DNA from: an uncultured bacterium
GTDB taxonomy: Bacteria; Bacillota_I; Bacilli_A; RF39; UBA660
NCBI GenBank assembly: GCA_947169285.1
Contig: CAMVPB010000003.1
Coordinates: forward strand, 7,867 to 71,866
Direction of reading: 5' to 3'
Length of the DNA: 64,000 nt
The first letter of the stretch is position 1. Every line of letters begins with the position of its first letter. Below the pieces are notes generated by a model. It saw only the letters and a program-made list of their open reading frames with translations. It had not been told where the DNA came from and made no database searches. Made by a program: the position numbers and the translations under genes. This document shows, in pieces, positions 1 through 10,618 of the stretch.

Positions 1-683
1 CAACCAGAAGCTTAAAACTTATGAGAAAGTTTTATTTATTTCAAAAAGGGCAAGCAGCGCCTGCCCAATTGACATGGAGTCACTACATAGAACTTTTACC
101 AATTAAAGATAATAATAAAATTAATTATTATATTAATGTTACTATCAATCAAAAAATATCATATAGAGAACTTAGAAGAAGAATCAAATCTAATGAATAT
201 GAAAGATTAAGTGATAAAACTAAAAATAAACTAATTAACAGAGAGAATATATCTATTAAAGATAATTTATTAAATCCAATTATTATTAATTCCAATAATA
301 AAGATATTGATATATTTAATGAAAAGGCATTAAAAGAATTAATATTAAATGATATTGAAAGTTTTATGAAGCAACTAGGTAATGGATATTCTTTTATAAG
401 TAGTGAATATTCTATTCTACTTGGTGATAGATATAATTATATAGATTTATTATTATTTAATATTAACTTTAATTGTTATGTTGTTATTGAATTAAAAGTT
501 ACTGAACTCAAAAAAGAACATATTGGTCAAATACAAACCTATATGAATTATATTGATTCTAATGTTAAATCTATTTATCAAGGTAATACTATTGGAATTA
601 TTATTTGTAAAAAAGATAATAAATTTGTTATGGAGTATTGTTCTGATGAAAGAGTTTTAAGAACTACTTATCAGTTAAATTAA
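1..683 (+). CDS. YhcG-like PD-(D/E)XK nuclease (DUF1016 family), 5' partial at the window edge; paralog copy A
   Basis: The frame is open from position 3 and the first Met is at 21. The C-terminal 200 aa are nearly identical to the ORFs at 54590..55486 and 59362..60261. A D...ELK PD-(D/E)XK-like core is present (VVIELKVTELKKEHIGQIQTY). Confidence 0.6.
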   Translation, partial: TRSLKLMRKFYLFQKGQAAPAQLTWSHYIELLPIKDNNKINYYINVTINQKISYRELRRRIKSNEYERLSDKTKNKLINRENISIKDNLLNPIIINSNNKDIDIFNEKALKELILNDIESFMKQLGNGYSFISSEYSILLGDRYNYIDLLLFNINFNCYVVIELKVTELKKEHIGQIQTYMNYIDSNVKSIYQGNTIGIIICKKDNKFVMEYCSDERVLRTTYQLN

Positions 684-767
684 AATTATTTATATTTATT
701 TAATAATAATTTGAACTAATAATTATTTATTGATAAAATAAAACTTGTATGTAAGGAGTTAAATATA

Positions 768-2912
768 ATGAATGAGAGTATTATTAAAAATTTAAGTGAA
801 GAATTAAATGTTAATAAGGGGCAGATAGAGAACACTTTAAAGTTATTAAATGGTGGTAACACTATTCCATTTATTGCAAGATATAGAAAAGAAGTCACTA
901 ATGGACTTAATGAAGAGCAAATAAGAAAAATTAATGAATCTTATGAATATGAAAATAACTTATTAAAAAGAAAAGAAGATGTTATTAGATTAATTGATGA
1001 AAAAGGAATGCTTACTGATGAGATAAAAGCTAATATAATGAATGCTAAAAAATTAGTTGAAGTTGAAGATATATATTTGCCATTTAAAGAAAAGAAAAAA
1101 ACAAAAGCAACCGAAGCTATTAAAAATGGATTAGAGCCACTTGCTAAAATAATAATGAGTTTTCCTAATACATTTGATGAAAAAAATGTATCTAAGTTTT
1201 TAAATGATAATGTCAAAACTTATGAAGATGCAATTATTGGAGCTAAATATATAATATCTGAATGGATAAGTGATAATGCACATTATAGAAAATGGATTAG
1301 AAGCTTTTTCTGGAAAAATGGAATAATTATTACTAAATTAAAAAAGAATGCAAATGATGAAAATAAAACATATGAAATGTATTATGATTTTAATGAACCG
1401 GTTAAATATATAAGGCCTCATAGAGTTTTAGCAATTAATAGAGCCGAAAATGAAAAAGTAATAAACGTAAATATTGATATAAACATTAATGAAGTGATTT
1501 CTTTTTTAGAAAAAAATATTATTAAAAAAGAGTCACCTATTAATGATTATGTAAAAGAAGCCACTGAAGATGCATATAAAAGATTAATTAGCCCTAGTAT
1601 TGAAAGAGAAATAAGAAGTGAACTTACTGAGAAGTCAGAAAATGATGCCATTAAAGTATTTAGTGAAAATTTAGAACATTTACTTCTTACTCCACCAATG
1701 AAAGATAAAACTGTTCTCGGATTTGATCCAGCATACAGAACTGGCTGTAAATTAGCAGTAGTATCTCCTACTTCTAAAGTATTAGATATTAAAGTTATAT
1801 ATCCACATGAGCCTCAAAATGAATGGGATAAATCAAAAGAACAATTAGAAGAACTAATTAATAAATATGATATAGATATAATCGCAATTGGTAATGGAAC
1901 CGCATCTAGAGAAAGCGAAAAACTAGTTAGTGAAACTATAAGTGAAATTAAAAAATGTAAATATGCAATTGTGTCTGAAGCTGGAGCATCTGTATACTCT
2001 GCTTCTAAACTTGCAATTGAAGAATTTCCAGATTTAACTGTTGAAAAAAGAAGTGCAATTTCAATTGCTAGAAGATTACAAGATCCATTAAATGAACTTG
2101 TTAAAATAGATCCTAAATCTATTGGTGTTGGTGAATATCAGCATGATGTTAATCAAAAAAAATTAAGTGAATCTTTAGACTTTGTTGTTACTAAAGTTGT
2201 TAATAATGTTGGGGTAAACATTAATACTGCTTCTCCCTTTATATTAAAATATATTTCAGGTCTTACTAAAACTAATATTGATAGAATAATAAAGTATAGA
2301 GAAGAAAATGGGAAGATAATGTCTAGAGAAGAAGTTAAAAAGAAAAAACTTTTAAGTGATAAAGTATTTGAGCAATCAATCGGATTTATGAGAGTAATTG
2401 ACGGAATTAATCCGCTTGATGAAACAAACATTCACCCAGAAAGTTATGATCTTACTAATAAATTATTAAATTATTTAAATCTTGATATAAAACAAATTGG
2501 TAAACAAGAATTAATAGATGTTTTAAATAAAATAAATATCAATGAATTATCAAAAGAACTAAATACCGATATTTATACATTAGAAAATATTATAAATTCT
2601 TTAAAAACTCCTAAAAGAGATTTTAGAGAACAATATGATGCTCCTATATTAAAAGAAAATATACTAAAATTAGAAGATTTAAAAATTGGTATGAAATTAC
2701 AAGGAACAGTTAGAAATGTTGTTGACTTCGGAGCATTTATTGACATAGGAATTAAAAATGATGGACTTGTACATATATCTAAAATAACTAAAAAATATAT
2801 TAAACATCCTAGCGAAGTATTAAAAGTTGGAGATATTGTTGATTGTTATGTTTTAGATATTTTAAAAGATAAAAATAAGGTATCACTTACTTTAATTAAC
2901 CCTAATGACTAG
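768..2912 (+). CDS. tex: Transcription accessory protein Tex (YqgF/RuvC-like fold, HhH and C-terminal S1 domains)
   Basis: 714 aa. It has the N-terminal Tex architecture, a YqgF-like motif (GFDPAYRTGCKLAV) and a C-terminal S1 domain (GTVRNVVDFGAFIDIG). Confidence 0.85.
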   Translation: MNESIIKNLSEELNVNKGQIENTLKLLNGGNTIPFIARYRKEVTNGLNEEQIRKINESYEYENNLLKRKEDVIRLIDEKGMLTDEIKANIMNAKKLVEVEDIYLPFKEKKKTKATEAIKNGLEPLAKIIMSFPNTFDEKNVSKFLNDNVKTYEDAIIGAKYIISEWISDNAHYRKWIRSFFWKNGIIITKLKKNANDENKTYEMYYDFNEPVKYIRPHRVLAINRAENEKVINVNIDININEVISFLEKNIIKKESPINDYVKEATEDAYKRLISPSIEREIRSELTEKSENDAIKVFSENLEHLLLTPPMKDKTVLGFDPAYRTGCKLAVVSPTSKVLDIKVIYPHEPQNEWDKSKEQLEELINKYDIDIIAIGNGTASRESEKLVSETISEIKKCKYAIVSEAGASVYSASKLAIEEFPDLTVEKRSAISIARRLQDPLNELVKIDPKSIGVGEYQHDVNQKKLSESLDFVVTKVVNNVGVNINTASPFILKYISGLTKTNIDRIIKYREENGKIMSREEVKKKKLLSDKVFEQSIGFMRVIDGINPLDETNIHPESYDLTNKLLNYLNLDIKQIGKQELIDVLNKININELSKELNTDIYTLENIINSLKTPKRDFREQYDAPILKENILKLEDLKIGMKLQGTVRNVVDFGAFIDIGIKNDGLVHISKITKKYIKHPSEVLKVGDIVDCYVLDILKDKNKVSLTLINPND

Positions 2913-2978
2913 ACAAAAGATAAAAAATATAGTATAATCTATATTACTTAAAAGAACTTTTATTTGGAGGAATTATTT

Positions 2979-4655
2979 ATGAATAATAAAGGTGAAACTT
3001 TAGTTTTTGCTTTAGGTGGGCTTGGTGAAGTTGGTAAAAACATGTATGTTATTGAACATGATGATGAAATAATTGTAATTGATTGTGGTGTAATGTTTCC
3101 GGAAGAAAACTTACTCGGAATAGATTATGTACTTGCTGATTATAATTATTTGAAACAAAATCAAGATAAAGTTAAAGCATTATTTATTACACATGGACAT
3201 GAAGATCATATTGGTGCCCTACCTTTTGTCACACCTAATGTTGAATTTCCTAAAATATATGCATCTAAAGTTGCATATAAATTAATAACAAACAAATTAA
3301 ATGAAAGATTAATACCAACAAATAATTTAGAAGAATATAACGAAGATACTGTTATTAATTTCAAACATTTTAAAGTAGAATTTTTTAGAACAACTCACTC
3401 TATTCCTGATTCATATGGAATAAGTATTACTACTCCTAATGGAGTTATCGTTTCAACTGGAGATTTTAAATTTGATTTAACTCCTATTGGACCAATGGCT
3501 AACTTGCAAAAGATGGCTAAAATTGGCAGTGATGGTGTAAAACTATTAATGAGTGATTCAACAAACGCTTTAGTAACTGGTTTTTCAAATAGTGAATCTA
3601 TTGTTGATGAAACATTAGGAGAAATAGTTTCAAGATGTAAACATAGATTAATCATAGCTACATTTGCTTCTAATATTTATAGACTTACACACATTATTGA
3701 AACATGTAAAAAGAACAACAGAAAAGTTGTTACATTTGGAAGAAGTATGAATAATAGTATTGATATAGCTTTAGAATGCGGTTATATAAAAGATAAAGAT
3801 ATTATTATTACGCCTGAAGAAGCTAAAACTTTGAAGCCAAGTGAAATTTGTTTATTATGTACAGGTTCTCAAGGTGAACCACTAGCTGCACTTTCTAGAA
3901 TAGCTAATGGCACTGATAAAAACATAACTTTAATGCCAGAAGATACTGTAATTTTTTCATCTTCACCTATTCCTGGTAATGCTCTTAGCATAAATAGAAT
4001 TATAAATAAATTATATTTAAAAGGTGCTAAAGTTTATACTAATACAGATGAAGCGGATCTTCACACAAGTGGACACGCTAAAAGTGAAGAATTAAAATTA
4101 TTGCTTAGAATCATCAAGCCAGAATACTTTATGCCGATGCATGGTGAATATAGAATGCTAAGGGCTCATGCAAAATTAGCAGAAGAATGTGGTATAAACA
4201 AAGAAAATACTTTTATACTTAAAAATGGAGAAATTCTTTCACTTCATGATAACATTATCGAAAAGAAAGGATCTATTCCTATTAATGACATATATGTTGA
4301 CGGAAAAAGAATTGGGGATGTTGGAACAAATATTATAAGAGATAGAAAAATAATGTCTACTGATGGAATACTATCTGTTATAATAAATATCGATTCAAAA
4401 AATAAAAAAATGTTATTAGAACCCAATATAACGACTAGAGGTTTTGTAATTGTAAATGATAATCAAGAATTATTAAAAAATATACAAACTAAAATATCTA
4501 GCATTTTATTAAATGAACTAGAAAAAGACGGTTTTAATCAAATTGATTTAAAAAATAAAATAATACTTGAAATAAACTCTTATATAATTGAATCAACTGG
4601 AAGAAGGCCAATTATAATTCCAATTATTTTAGATATACAAAAAGATAACAATTAG
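2979..4655 (+). CDS. rnj: Ribonuclease J (metallo-beta-lactamase / beta-CASP)
   Basis: HGHEDHIGALPF MBL motif plus beta-CASP and a C-terminal domain, about 560 aa. GGAGG SD precedes the ATG at 2979; the track ORF starts at 2964. Confidence 0.85.
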   Translation: MNNKGETLVFALGGLGEVGKNMYVIEHDDEIIVIDCGVMFPEENLLGIDYVLADYNYLKQNQDKVKALFITHGHEDHIGALPFVTPNVEFPKIYASKVAYKLITNKLNERLIPTNNLEEYNEDTVINFKHFKVEFFRTTHSIPDSYGISITTPNGVIVSTGDFKFDLTPIGPMANLQKMAKIGSDGVKLLMSDSTNALVTGFSNSESIVDETLGEIVSRCKHRLIIATFASNIYRLTHIIETCKKNNRKVVTFGRSMNNSIDIALECGYIKDKDIIITPEEAKTLKPSEICLLCTGSQGEPLAALSRIANGTDKNITLMPEDTVIFSSSPIPGNALSINRIINKLYLKGAKVYTNTDEADLHTSGHAKSEELKLLLRIIKPEYFMPMHGEYRMLRAHAKLAEECGINKENTFILKNGEILSLHDNIIEKKGSIPINDIYVDGKRIGDVGTNIIRDRKIMSTDGILSVIINIDSKNKKMLLEPNITTRGFVIVNDNQELLKNIQTKISSILLNELEKDGFNQIDLKNKIILEINSYIIESTGRRPIIIPIILDIQKDNN

Positions 4656-5401
4656 TTATCTTTTTTCTTTTGAATATTATATATTACTTTTAACATAAAT
4701 TTTTTACTAAAAATCCTATTAGCAAATATTCCGAGTTTCACTCTAATAGATGGAATTATTACTAATTTGTTCTTCATCATTTGTGAAATACAATAATCTA
4801 CTACATATTCAGGTGTTAATGATTTTAAATTAAATTTGACATTTGCCCTATCATTAAAACCGGTATTAACTGGTCCAGGACATAATACACTTATCTTTAC
4901 ATGGGACTTCTCTCTTCTTAATTCTTCATATATAGCCATTGTTAAATTATAAACATAAGATTTAGATGCATAGTAAGAAGCCATCAATGGACCTGGTTCA
5001 AAAGCGGCAGAAGATGCAACATTTAATATTCTTCCACTATCTCTTTTTACCATATCTTGTAAAAATAATTTAGTTAAAATATGATAAGCTTTTAAATTTA
5101 AATCTATTAAATTTAATTCATCTTTCAACTCGGTTTCAACAAATTTACCAAATAATCCAAAACCAGCATTATTTATTAAGAGATCAATTTTACCCTTAGT
5201 TTTATCATATAAATCATAGATATTTTTCTCATCAGATAAATCCATTGATATTATTTCAACTTCACCTTTTAAAGATTTTTTTATATTTTTTAATTTTTCT
5301 TCATTCCTAGCAACCAGTATTAAATCATACCCTAAATTATTTAACTTTTTAGCAAATTCTAGCCCTATTCCATTTGATGCCCCAGTTATTAATGCTCTCA
5401 T
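4652..5401 (-). CDS. SDR-family short-chain dehydrogenase/reductase
   Basis: TGASNGIG Rossmann motif and NNAG; AGAGGTGG SD precedes the Met of MRALITG. Confidence 0.75.
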   Translation of the reverse strand: MRALITGASNGIGLEFAKKLNNLGYDLILVARNEEKLKNIKKSLKGEVEIISMDLSDEKNIYDLYDKTKGKIDLLINNAGFGLFGKFVETELKDELNLIDLNLKAYHILTKLFLQDMVKRDSGRILNVASSAAFEPGPLMASYYASKSYVYNLTMAIYEELRREKSHVKISVLCPGPVNTGFNDRANVKFNLKSLTPEYVVDYCISQMMKNKLVIIPSIRVKLGIFANRIFSKKFMLKVIYNIQKKKDN

Positions 5402-5455
5402 AAACCACCTCTTTTCTATAAACATTATAAAATAAAAAATAGGATTTTTATAGTC

Positions 5456-5812
5456 CTATTTTCTTACTAATACTTTCTTTGAATTATTTAATTCTTTTGC
5501 AGTTTCAAAATAATTGATTATATATTTACTATCAGCGTGGTTTCTAATATTTTTTTCATTCACATAATTACCTAAAAAATACAATCCACATTCATCATTT
5601 ATCATAGTTTTATTCTTATATACGAACTCATTTCCAGTAATCAATTCTTTACAAGATTGGTTACTAGTTTTTATGAATAAAAATTGTAATCCTTGTTTGT
5701 ATGAATTGAAAACATATTCATTTATAAAGTTTTCATTATCAAATGTTGGTTTAATTTCCCATGCACCAATACTAAATAATCCGCCATTATCTAATTCTTC
5801 AAACTTTTTCAT
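5456..5812 (-). CDS. Hypothetical protein
   Basis: ORF with a GGGGGAAAA SD before the internal Met (MKKFEELDNGG); no recognisable domain. Confidence 0.4.
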   Translation of the reverse strand: MKKFEELDNGGLFSIGAWEIKPTFDNENFINEYVFNSYKQGLQFLFIKTSNQSCKELITGNEFVYKNKTMINDECGLYFLGNYVNEKNIRNHADSKYIINYFETAKELNNSKKVLVRK

Positions 5813-5887
5813 ATTTTCCCCCTTAAATATTGGACATATTATATCACAAATTACTTCATAAATCAAATCAAAAGAAAGAAGAAATCA

Positions 5888-7447
5888 CTATTTAGCAATT
5901 TCTTCTGCTCTTGTCTCGCGAATAACAACAACTTTAATTGTACCAGGGTATTGCATTTCCGCTTCAACTTTATCCTTGATATCTCTAGCAATTTTGTAAC
6001 TTTTAGCATCATCAATCTCTTCTGGTTTAACAATAACTCTAAGTTCCCTACCAGCTTGCATTGCAAATGTTTTTTCAACGCCATCAATTTCATTTCCAAT
6101 TGCTTCTAATTGTTCTAACCTCTTAACATAGTTTTCTAAACTATCATTTCTAGCTCCAGGACGTGAAGCAGATAAAGCATCAGCTATTTGAACTAATACT
6201 GATATAACCGATGTTGGTTTTTTATCACCATGATGTGACTCAATTGCATTTATAACAACTGGATCTTCATTTGCTTTTTTAGCAATATCAGCACCTATTT
6301 CAACATGACTTCCTTCAATTTCAAAGTCAATAGCTTTACCTATATCATGAAGTAAACCAGCTCTTTTAGCAAGAGCAACATTTTCTCCAAGTTCTGAAGC
6401 AAGCAACCCTGCTAAATGAGCAACTTCTTTTGAATGACTTAAAGCATTTTGACCATAACTTGTTCTAAAATTCAATTTACCTATCAATTCAACAAGATAA
6501 GGATCTACTTTAGTTAAATTTAATTCAAATAAAGCTTCTTCTCCTTTTTCTTTGATCTTTGTTTTAAAATCTTCACAAATCTTATCATAAAGTTCTTCTA
6601 TTCTAGCCGGATGTATTCTTCCATCTTTAATTAAAGCTTCAAGAGTAGTTTTAGCAATTTCTCTTCTAAGTGGATCAAAGCTTGATAAAACAATTACTTC
6701 AGGAGTATCATCAATTATAAGATCTACTCCTGTTATAGCTTCAATAGTTCTTATGTTACGACCTTCTCTACCAATAATTCTTCCTTTCATTTCATCATTA
6801 GGAAGGGTTACAGTAGATACAGTTTGTTCACTTGTAACATCATTTGAATATCTTTGCATACAATCAACTAAGTATTCTTTAGATTTTCTATCAGCTTCTA
6901 ATTTAGCCTCATCTTCTCTTTGTTTTAAATATTCAGCTATTTCTTTAGACATTTCATTTTCAACTTTTTCCATTACTAAAGTTTTAGCTTTTTCTTTTGA
7001 AAAACCAGATATTTTTTCTAACAATTCTATCTGTTCTTTCAATAAATTCTCCATTTTTGCATCTTTTTCTTGTAATTCTTTTTGTTTTGCCAATAAATTT
7101 TTGTCTTTTTGATCTAATGATCTTTCACGTTCATTAATAAGTTCATCTCTTTTATCAAGGCTTCTTTCACGATTATCAATTCTATCATTTAACTCATTAA
7201 GTTCTTTTTTCTTTTCTTTAATTTCTTCTTCTGTCTGTTTCTTTAACTTATATGATTCTTCTTTTAATTCAAGAACATTATCTCTTTTAATTCTTTCCGC
7301 TTCTTTTCTAGCATTCTCTATTAATTTATTGGCTTCATTTTTAGCAGCAGCATTTTTTAATTTGCCAACCAAAAAAGTTACTCCTGCACCTATTATAATT
7401 CCAATTAAGCCAAGCAAAATGGAGAAAGTAACATTTTCCATATTCAT
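5888..7447 (-). CDS. rny: Ribonuclease Y (N-terminal TM, coiled coil, KH and HD domains)
   Basis: 519 aa with an N-terminal TM helix, a KH motif ([12 protein letters not shown]) and an HD domain ([17 protein letters not shown] ... LLHDIGK). Confidence 0.9.
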   Translation of the reverse strand: MNMENVTFSILLGLIGIIIGAGVTFLVGKLKNAAAKNEANKLIENARKEAERIKRDNVLELKEESYKLKKQTEEEIKEKKKELNELNDRIDNRERSLDKRDELINERERSLDQKDKNLLAKQKELQEKDAKMENLLKEQIELLEKISGFSKEKAKTLVMEKVENEMSKEIAEYLKQREDEAKLEADRKSKEYLVDCMQRYSNDVTSEQTVSTVTLPNDEMKGRIIGREGRNIRTIEAITGVDLIIDDTPEVIVLSSFDPLRREIAKTTLEALIKDGRIHPARIEELYDKICEDFKTKIKEKGEEALFELNLTKVDPYLVELIGKLNFRTSYGQNALSHSKEVAHLAGLLASELGENVALAKRAGLLHDIGKAIDFEIEGSHVEIGADIAKKANEDPVVINAIESHHGDKKPTSVISVLVQIADALSASRPGARNDSLENYVKRLEQLEAIGNEIDGVEKTFAMQAGRELRVIVKPEEIDDAKSYKIARDIKDKVEAEMQYPGTIKVVVIRETRAEEIAK

Positions 7448-7470
7448 TCCTCCATTATTTTTATATTTAG

Positions 7471-7503
7471 AAAGTGTGAACTACTTCCTAAATATTATTT
7501 TAA
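7471..7503 (-). promoter_or_regulatory. Candidate sigma-A promoter for rny (TTGACA, 17 nt, TAAAAT on the minus strand)
   Basis: The minus-strand sequence reads ttgacaatgatgacaaaaaattttaaaat upstream of the rny start. Confidence 0.35.
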
Positions 7504-7529
7504 AATTTTTTGTCATCATTGTCAAATGA

Positions 7530-7566
7530 TATTAATAAAAAAATAATTATAGTTTCACTATAATTA
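7530..7566 (-). terminator. Rho-independent terminator downstream of recA
   Basis: On the minus strand a hairpin (ataattatagtgaaactataattat) is followed by a T7 run. Confidence 0.5.
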
Positions 7567-7574
7567 TTTATAAA

Positions 7575-8615
7575 TTACTTTTCTTTTTTATCAGAAAGTT
7601 TTTTGGTATCATTATCTTCTTTGCTAAAATAATGTTCTCTTACCTTATCATATATTTCTTTACATAACTCAGGATTATTTTTAAGAACAAGTTTTACATT
7701 TTCTTTACCTTGTCCAATTCTTTCACCTTTATATGAGAACCAAGCACCACTTTTATTAATGATATCTACATTAGAAGCAAGATCAACAAGTTCTCCTTCT
7801 CTAGATACACCTTCCCCATACATAATTTCAACTTCAGCAGTTCTAAATGGTGGAGCAACTTTATTTTTAACAACTTTAATAACTGTTCTATTACCTAATA
7901 TTTCATTACCAACCTTAATTTGTTCTGCGCGTCTAACATCAAGCCTAACACTTGAATAGAATTTTAAAGCTCTTCCTCCTGGAGTTGTTTCTGGATTTCC
8001 AAACATCACGCCAACTTTCTCCCTTAATTGATTAATAAATATGCAAATAGTATTTGTTTTATTAATGCTTCCACTTAATTTTCTTAATGCTTGTGACATT
8101 AATCTAGCTTGCAATCCAACATGAGAGTCTCCCATTTCTCCTTCTATTTCAGCTTGTGGAACAAGTGCTGCAACACTGTCAATAACAATGATTGATATTG
8201 CTTCACTTCTTACTAATGCTTCACAAATTTCTAATGCCTGTTCACCGGTGTCAGGTTGAGATAATAATAAATTATCTATATCAACCCCCAAATTTTTAGC
8301 ATATACCGGATCTAATGCGTGTTCAGCATCAATAAATGCTGCTCTACCTCCAAGTTTTTGAACTTCTGCAATTGCATGTAAAGCAATAGTTGTTTTACCA
8401 CTTGATTCTGGTCCAAATATTTCTATAATTCTACCTTTTGGATATCCTCCTACTCCTAAAGCAACATCAAGCGCAATACTTCCGCTAGATACCACATCTA
8501 TATTCTTAACTCCCCCTTCACCTAGTTTCATAATTGCACCTTTACCAAATTGTTTTTCTATATCTAAAAGCACTTGTTCAAGTGTATTATCTTTCTCTTT
8601 TCCTTTCTTTTCCAT
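7575..8615 (-). CDS. recA: Recombinase RecA
   Basis: Walker A (GPESSGKTT) and overall RecA similarity; 346 aa. Confidence 0.95.
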   Translation of the reverse strand: MEKKGKEKDNTLEQVLLDIEKQFGKGAIMKLGEGGVKNIDVVSSGSIALDVALGVGGYPKGRIIEIFGPESSGKTTIALHAIAEVQKLGGRAAFIDAEHALDPVYAKNLGVDIDNLLLSQPDTGEQALEICEALVRSEAISIIVIDSVAALVPQAEIEGEMGDSHVGLQARLMSQALRKLSGSINKTNTICIFINQLREKVGVMFGNPETTPGGRALKFYSSVRLDVRRAEQIKVGNEILGNRTVIKVVKNKVAPPFRTAEVEIMYGEGVSREGELVDLASNVDIINKSGAWFSYKGERIGQGKENVKLVLKNNPELCKEIYDKVREHYFSKEDNDTKKLSDKKEK

Positions 8616-8721
8616 ATGTTTTCCTCCTTACAATAATATTTTAACTCACCATTTTTTTAAAGTCAACAACTTTTTTCAAACAATTGTTTGTTAAAATTAA
8701 AATTTATATTTATTAAATTTA

Positions 8722-8753
8722 ATAAAATAAAAAAATCTCTATAAGAGATTTTA
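8722..8753 (-). terminator. Rho-independent terminator downstream of pgsA
   Basis: On the minus strand the hairpin aaatctcttatagagattt is followed by a T-run. Confidence 0.5.
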
Positions 8754-8757
8754 AATT

Positions 8758-9363
8758 TTATTGTAAATCTTTTGAAAATAAATATTTTTTATTATTTAAA
8801 TAATATTGTACACCACTTACTATTGAAAGCACTGTTGCTACTAATATTAAAAATTCAGCCATTCTTAAATTAACAAGTTCAAATGGCAAATTACCAAAAA
8901 ATAACAATGTTAACCCCACAAGCATACAAACTGTTTTAATTTTGCCTGTCCAACTTGCAGCAACTGCGCCATTTTTTTGACCCGCTATCATTTTTATTGA
9001 ATCAACTGTTATATCTCTAATTACTATTACAACCGGAACAATAACACTAATTTGACTCTCTACTGCTAATATAATTAGTACGCCATTTACTAGCATTTTA
9101 TCTGCAATAGCATCTAACACCTTGCCAAAATCAGTTACTTGATTATTTTTTCTAGCTAGATAACCATCTAAAAAATCAGTTGAAGCTGCTATTACAAAAA
9201 TAATACCACAAATAACATATTTTAAATCTAAAATAACTTTACCATTTGCTACTACAAATGTTGGAAAATTAAATCTAAACTTATAAAATGGAAATATTAA
9301 TAATATTAATAATACCACTGATAAAAATATTCTACTAATCGTTATCCTATTTGGAAGATTCAT
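8758..9363 (-). CDS. pgsA: CDP-diacylglycerol--glycerol-3-phosphate 3-phosphatidyltransferase
   Basis: CDP-alcohol phosphatidyltransferase motif (DFLDGYLARK ... G...D...D); multi-TM; 201 aa. Confidence 0.8.
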   Translation of the reverse strand: MNLPNRITISRIFLSVVLLILLIFPFYKFRFNFPTFVVANGKVILDLKYVICGIIFVIAASTDFLDGYLARKNNQVTDFGKVLDAIADKMLVNGVLIILAVESQISVIVPVVIVIRDITVDSIKMIAGQKNGAVAASWTGKIKTVCMLVGLTLLFFGNLPFELVNLRMAEFLILVATVLSIVSGVQYYLNNKKYLFSKDLQ

Positions 9364-9859
9364 ATAAAGTTTCTCCTTTCAAATAATTAAAACCCACAAA
9401 ATTTTCATTATCTACTTTATTTTTTATTAATAAAAATACTAAAATTATTAAAAAAATAACAAAGATACCAATAATTATATATATTAATTTTTTTGAATTA
9501 TTTTTATTATTAGCATTGGTTTTTGTGTAAGGTGAATATACTCTTTTAGATGCTTCTTTTTCTTCTTCTTTTTTTATTTCACTTACTTTTTTTTCAATCT
9601 CAGCAATTGGAATTCTAGATGTATAATTAAACATAAATTCATTATATTCAGACATAACCTCTTCTTCACTTATATTTAAATATTTAGCATATTTTTTAAT
9701 TAATTCTTTTAGAAAAAAAACATCTTTAAAAGCATTAGCATTACCATCTTCAAGATTATCAAGTTGAGCAAGTGTTATGTCCATATCATTAGCAGCTTCT
9801 TCTTTACTTATTCCAAACTCTTCTCTTTTTTCTCTAAAACTTTCTCCTATATCTTTCAT
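9347..9859 (-). CDS. XRE-type HTH protein with a single TM helix, RodZ-like
   Basis: N-terminal HTH (ISKEEAANDMDITLAQLDNLE) and a TM segment near the C-terminus. It sits upstream of pgsA and recA, as ymfM/rodZ does in Bacillus. Confidence 0.5.
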   Translation of the reverse strand: MKDIGESFREKREEFGISKEEAANDMDITLAQLDNLEDGNANAFKDVFFLKELIKKYAKYLNISEEEVMSEYNEFMFNYTSRIPIAEIEKKVSEIKKEEEKEASKRVYSPYTKTNANNKNNSKKLIYIIIGIFVIFLIILVFLLIKNKVDNENFVGFNYLKGETLYESSK

Positions 9860-9874
9860 TTTTCTCCTTTATAT

Positions 9875-10220
9875 AATAATTTTAATAAGCCATATTTTGT
9901 ACCATAAAGGTGACAAACATTTATCTAAGGTTTCCCTTCCTTTACTCAGTTTAATTCCCTCGTAAAAGTTCCCCTACCAAATTTGGGTTTCTCGCTCGCG
10001 GGGTTTACGTCGTTCCACTTCCTTATCCCTAAGGATATCGTCACTATAGCACTTTTATATCTACTTTAATCAGGTCTTGATTATTTCGAAGCCGTAAAGC
10101 AAAGCTTTCCTAGAGTTATTTTTTTCTCTAGCACGAACACTACTGCCATTTCAGGACAGTGCGAGTATGGACTTTCCTCTACATAAAATCTTATGCAGCG
10201 TTTGTCTAAAAATTATTATT
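9875..10220 (-). ncRNA. rnpB: RNase P RNA, Bacillus type (type B)
   Basis: The minus strand reads ...CGCUGCAUAAGAUUUUAUGUAGAGGAAAGUCCAUACUCGCAC ... GUAGUGUUCGUGCUAGAG ... GUGGAACGACGUAAACCCCGCGAGCGAGAAACCCAAAUUUGGUAGGGGAAC ... GGUACAAAAUAUGGCUUAU. This tracks B. subtilis rnpB closely. P1 can form between AAUAAUUUUUA and UAAAAUUAUU. It is adjacent to gpsB as in B. subtilis, and the region has locally raised GC. Confidence 0.9.
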
Positions 10221-10542
10221 CATTTTCACCATATACTATTTTTTCAAGATCACTTATACGTTTAATAATATCTAAATTAGTAACACTTTTACCACTATTA
10301 GATGTCGCTAAATCCAATTTAGATTTTAAATCACGTACTTCTCCTTGTAAGTTTTGGTTTTCACTCTCAAGGTTTTTAATTTCAACAGCTAATTTCTTAA
10401 TAATGTTTTGATATTCAGTATAATCTTTAATAACTAAATCCAAAAATTTATCAACTTCTTGAGGCCTATACCCTCTAACGTCAAAATTAAATTCTTTTTC
10501 AAGTATATCTTTTGTAGTTAAAAATATTTTATCTTCTAACAT
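10216..10542 (-). CDS. gpsB: Cell-cycle protein GpsB (DivIVA-domain)
   Basis: MLEDKIFLTTKDILEKEFNFDVRGYRPQEVDKFLD DivIVA-like N-terminal domain; GGATGAGGGTG SD before the internal Met. Confidence 0.75.
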   Translation of the reverse strand: MLEDKIFLTTKDILEKEFNFDVRGYRPQEVDKFLDLVIKDYTEYQNIIKKLAVEIKNLESENQNLQGEVRDLKSKLDLATSNSGKSVTNLDIIKRISDLEKIVYGENE

Positions 10543-10618
10543 TTTAACACCCTCATCCTTTAATCTTACGTTTATAATTTTACAAAAAAAGACATAAAAT
10601 GTCAATTATTGTGCTTTT

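Noticed and set aside
5863-6099. 78-aa minus-strand ORF overlapping the rny 3' region in another frame.
   Set aside because: It lies entirely within the well-supported rny CDS.
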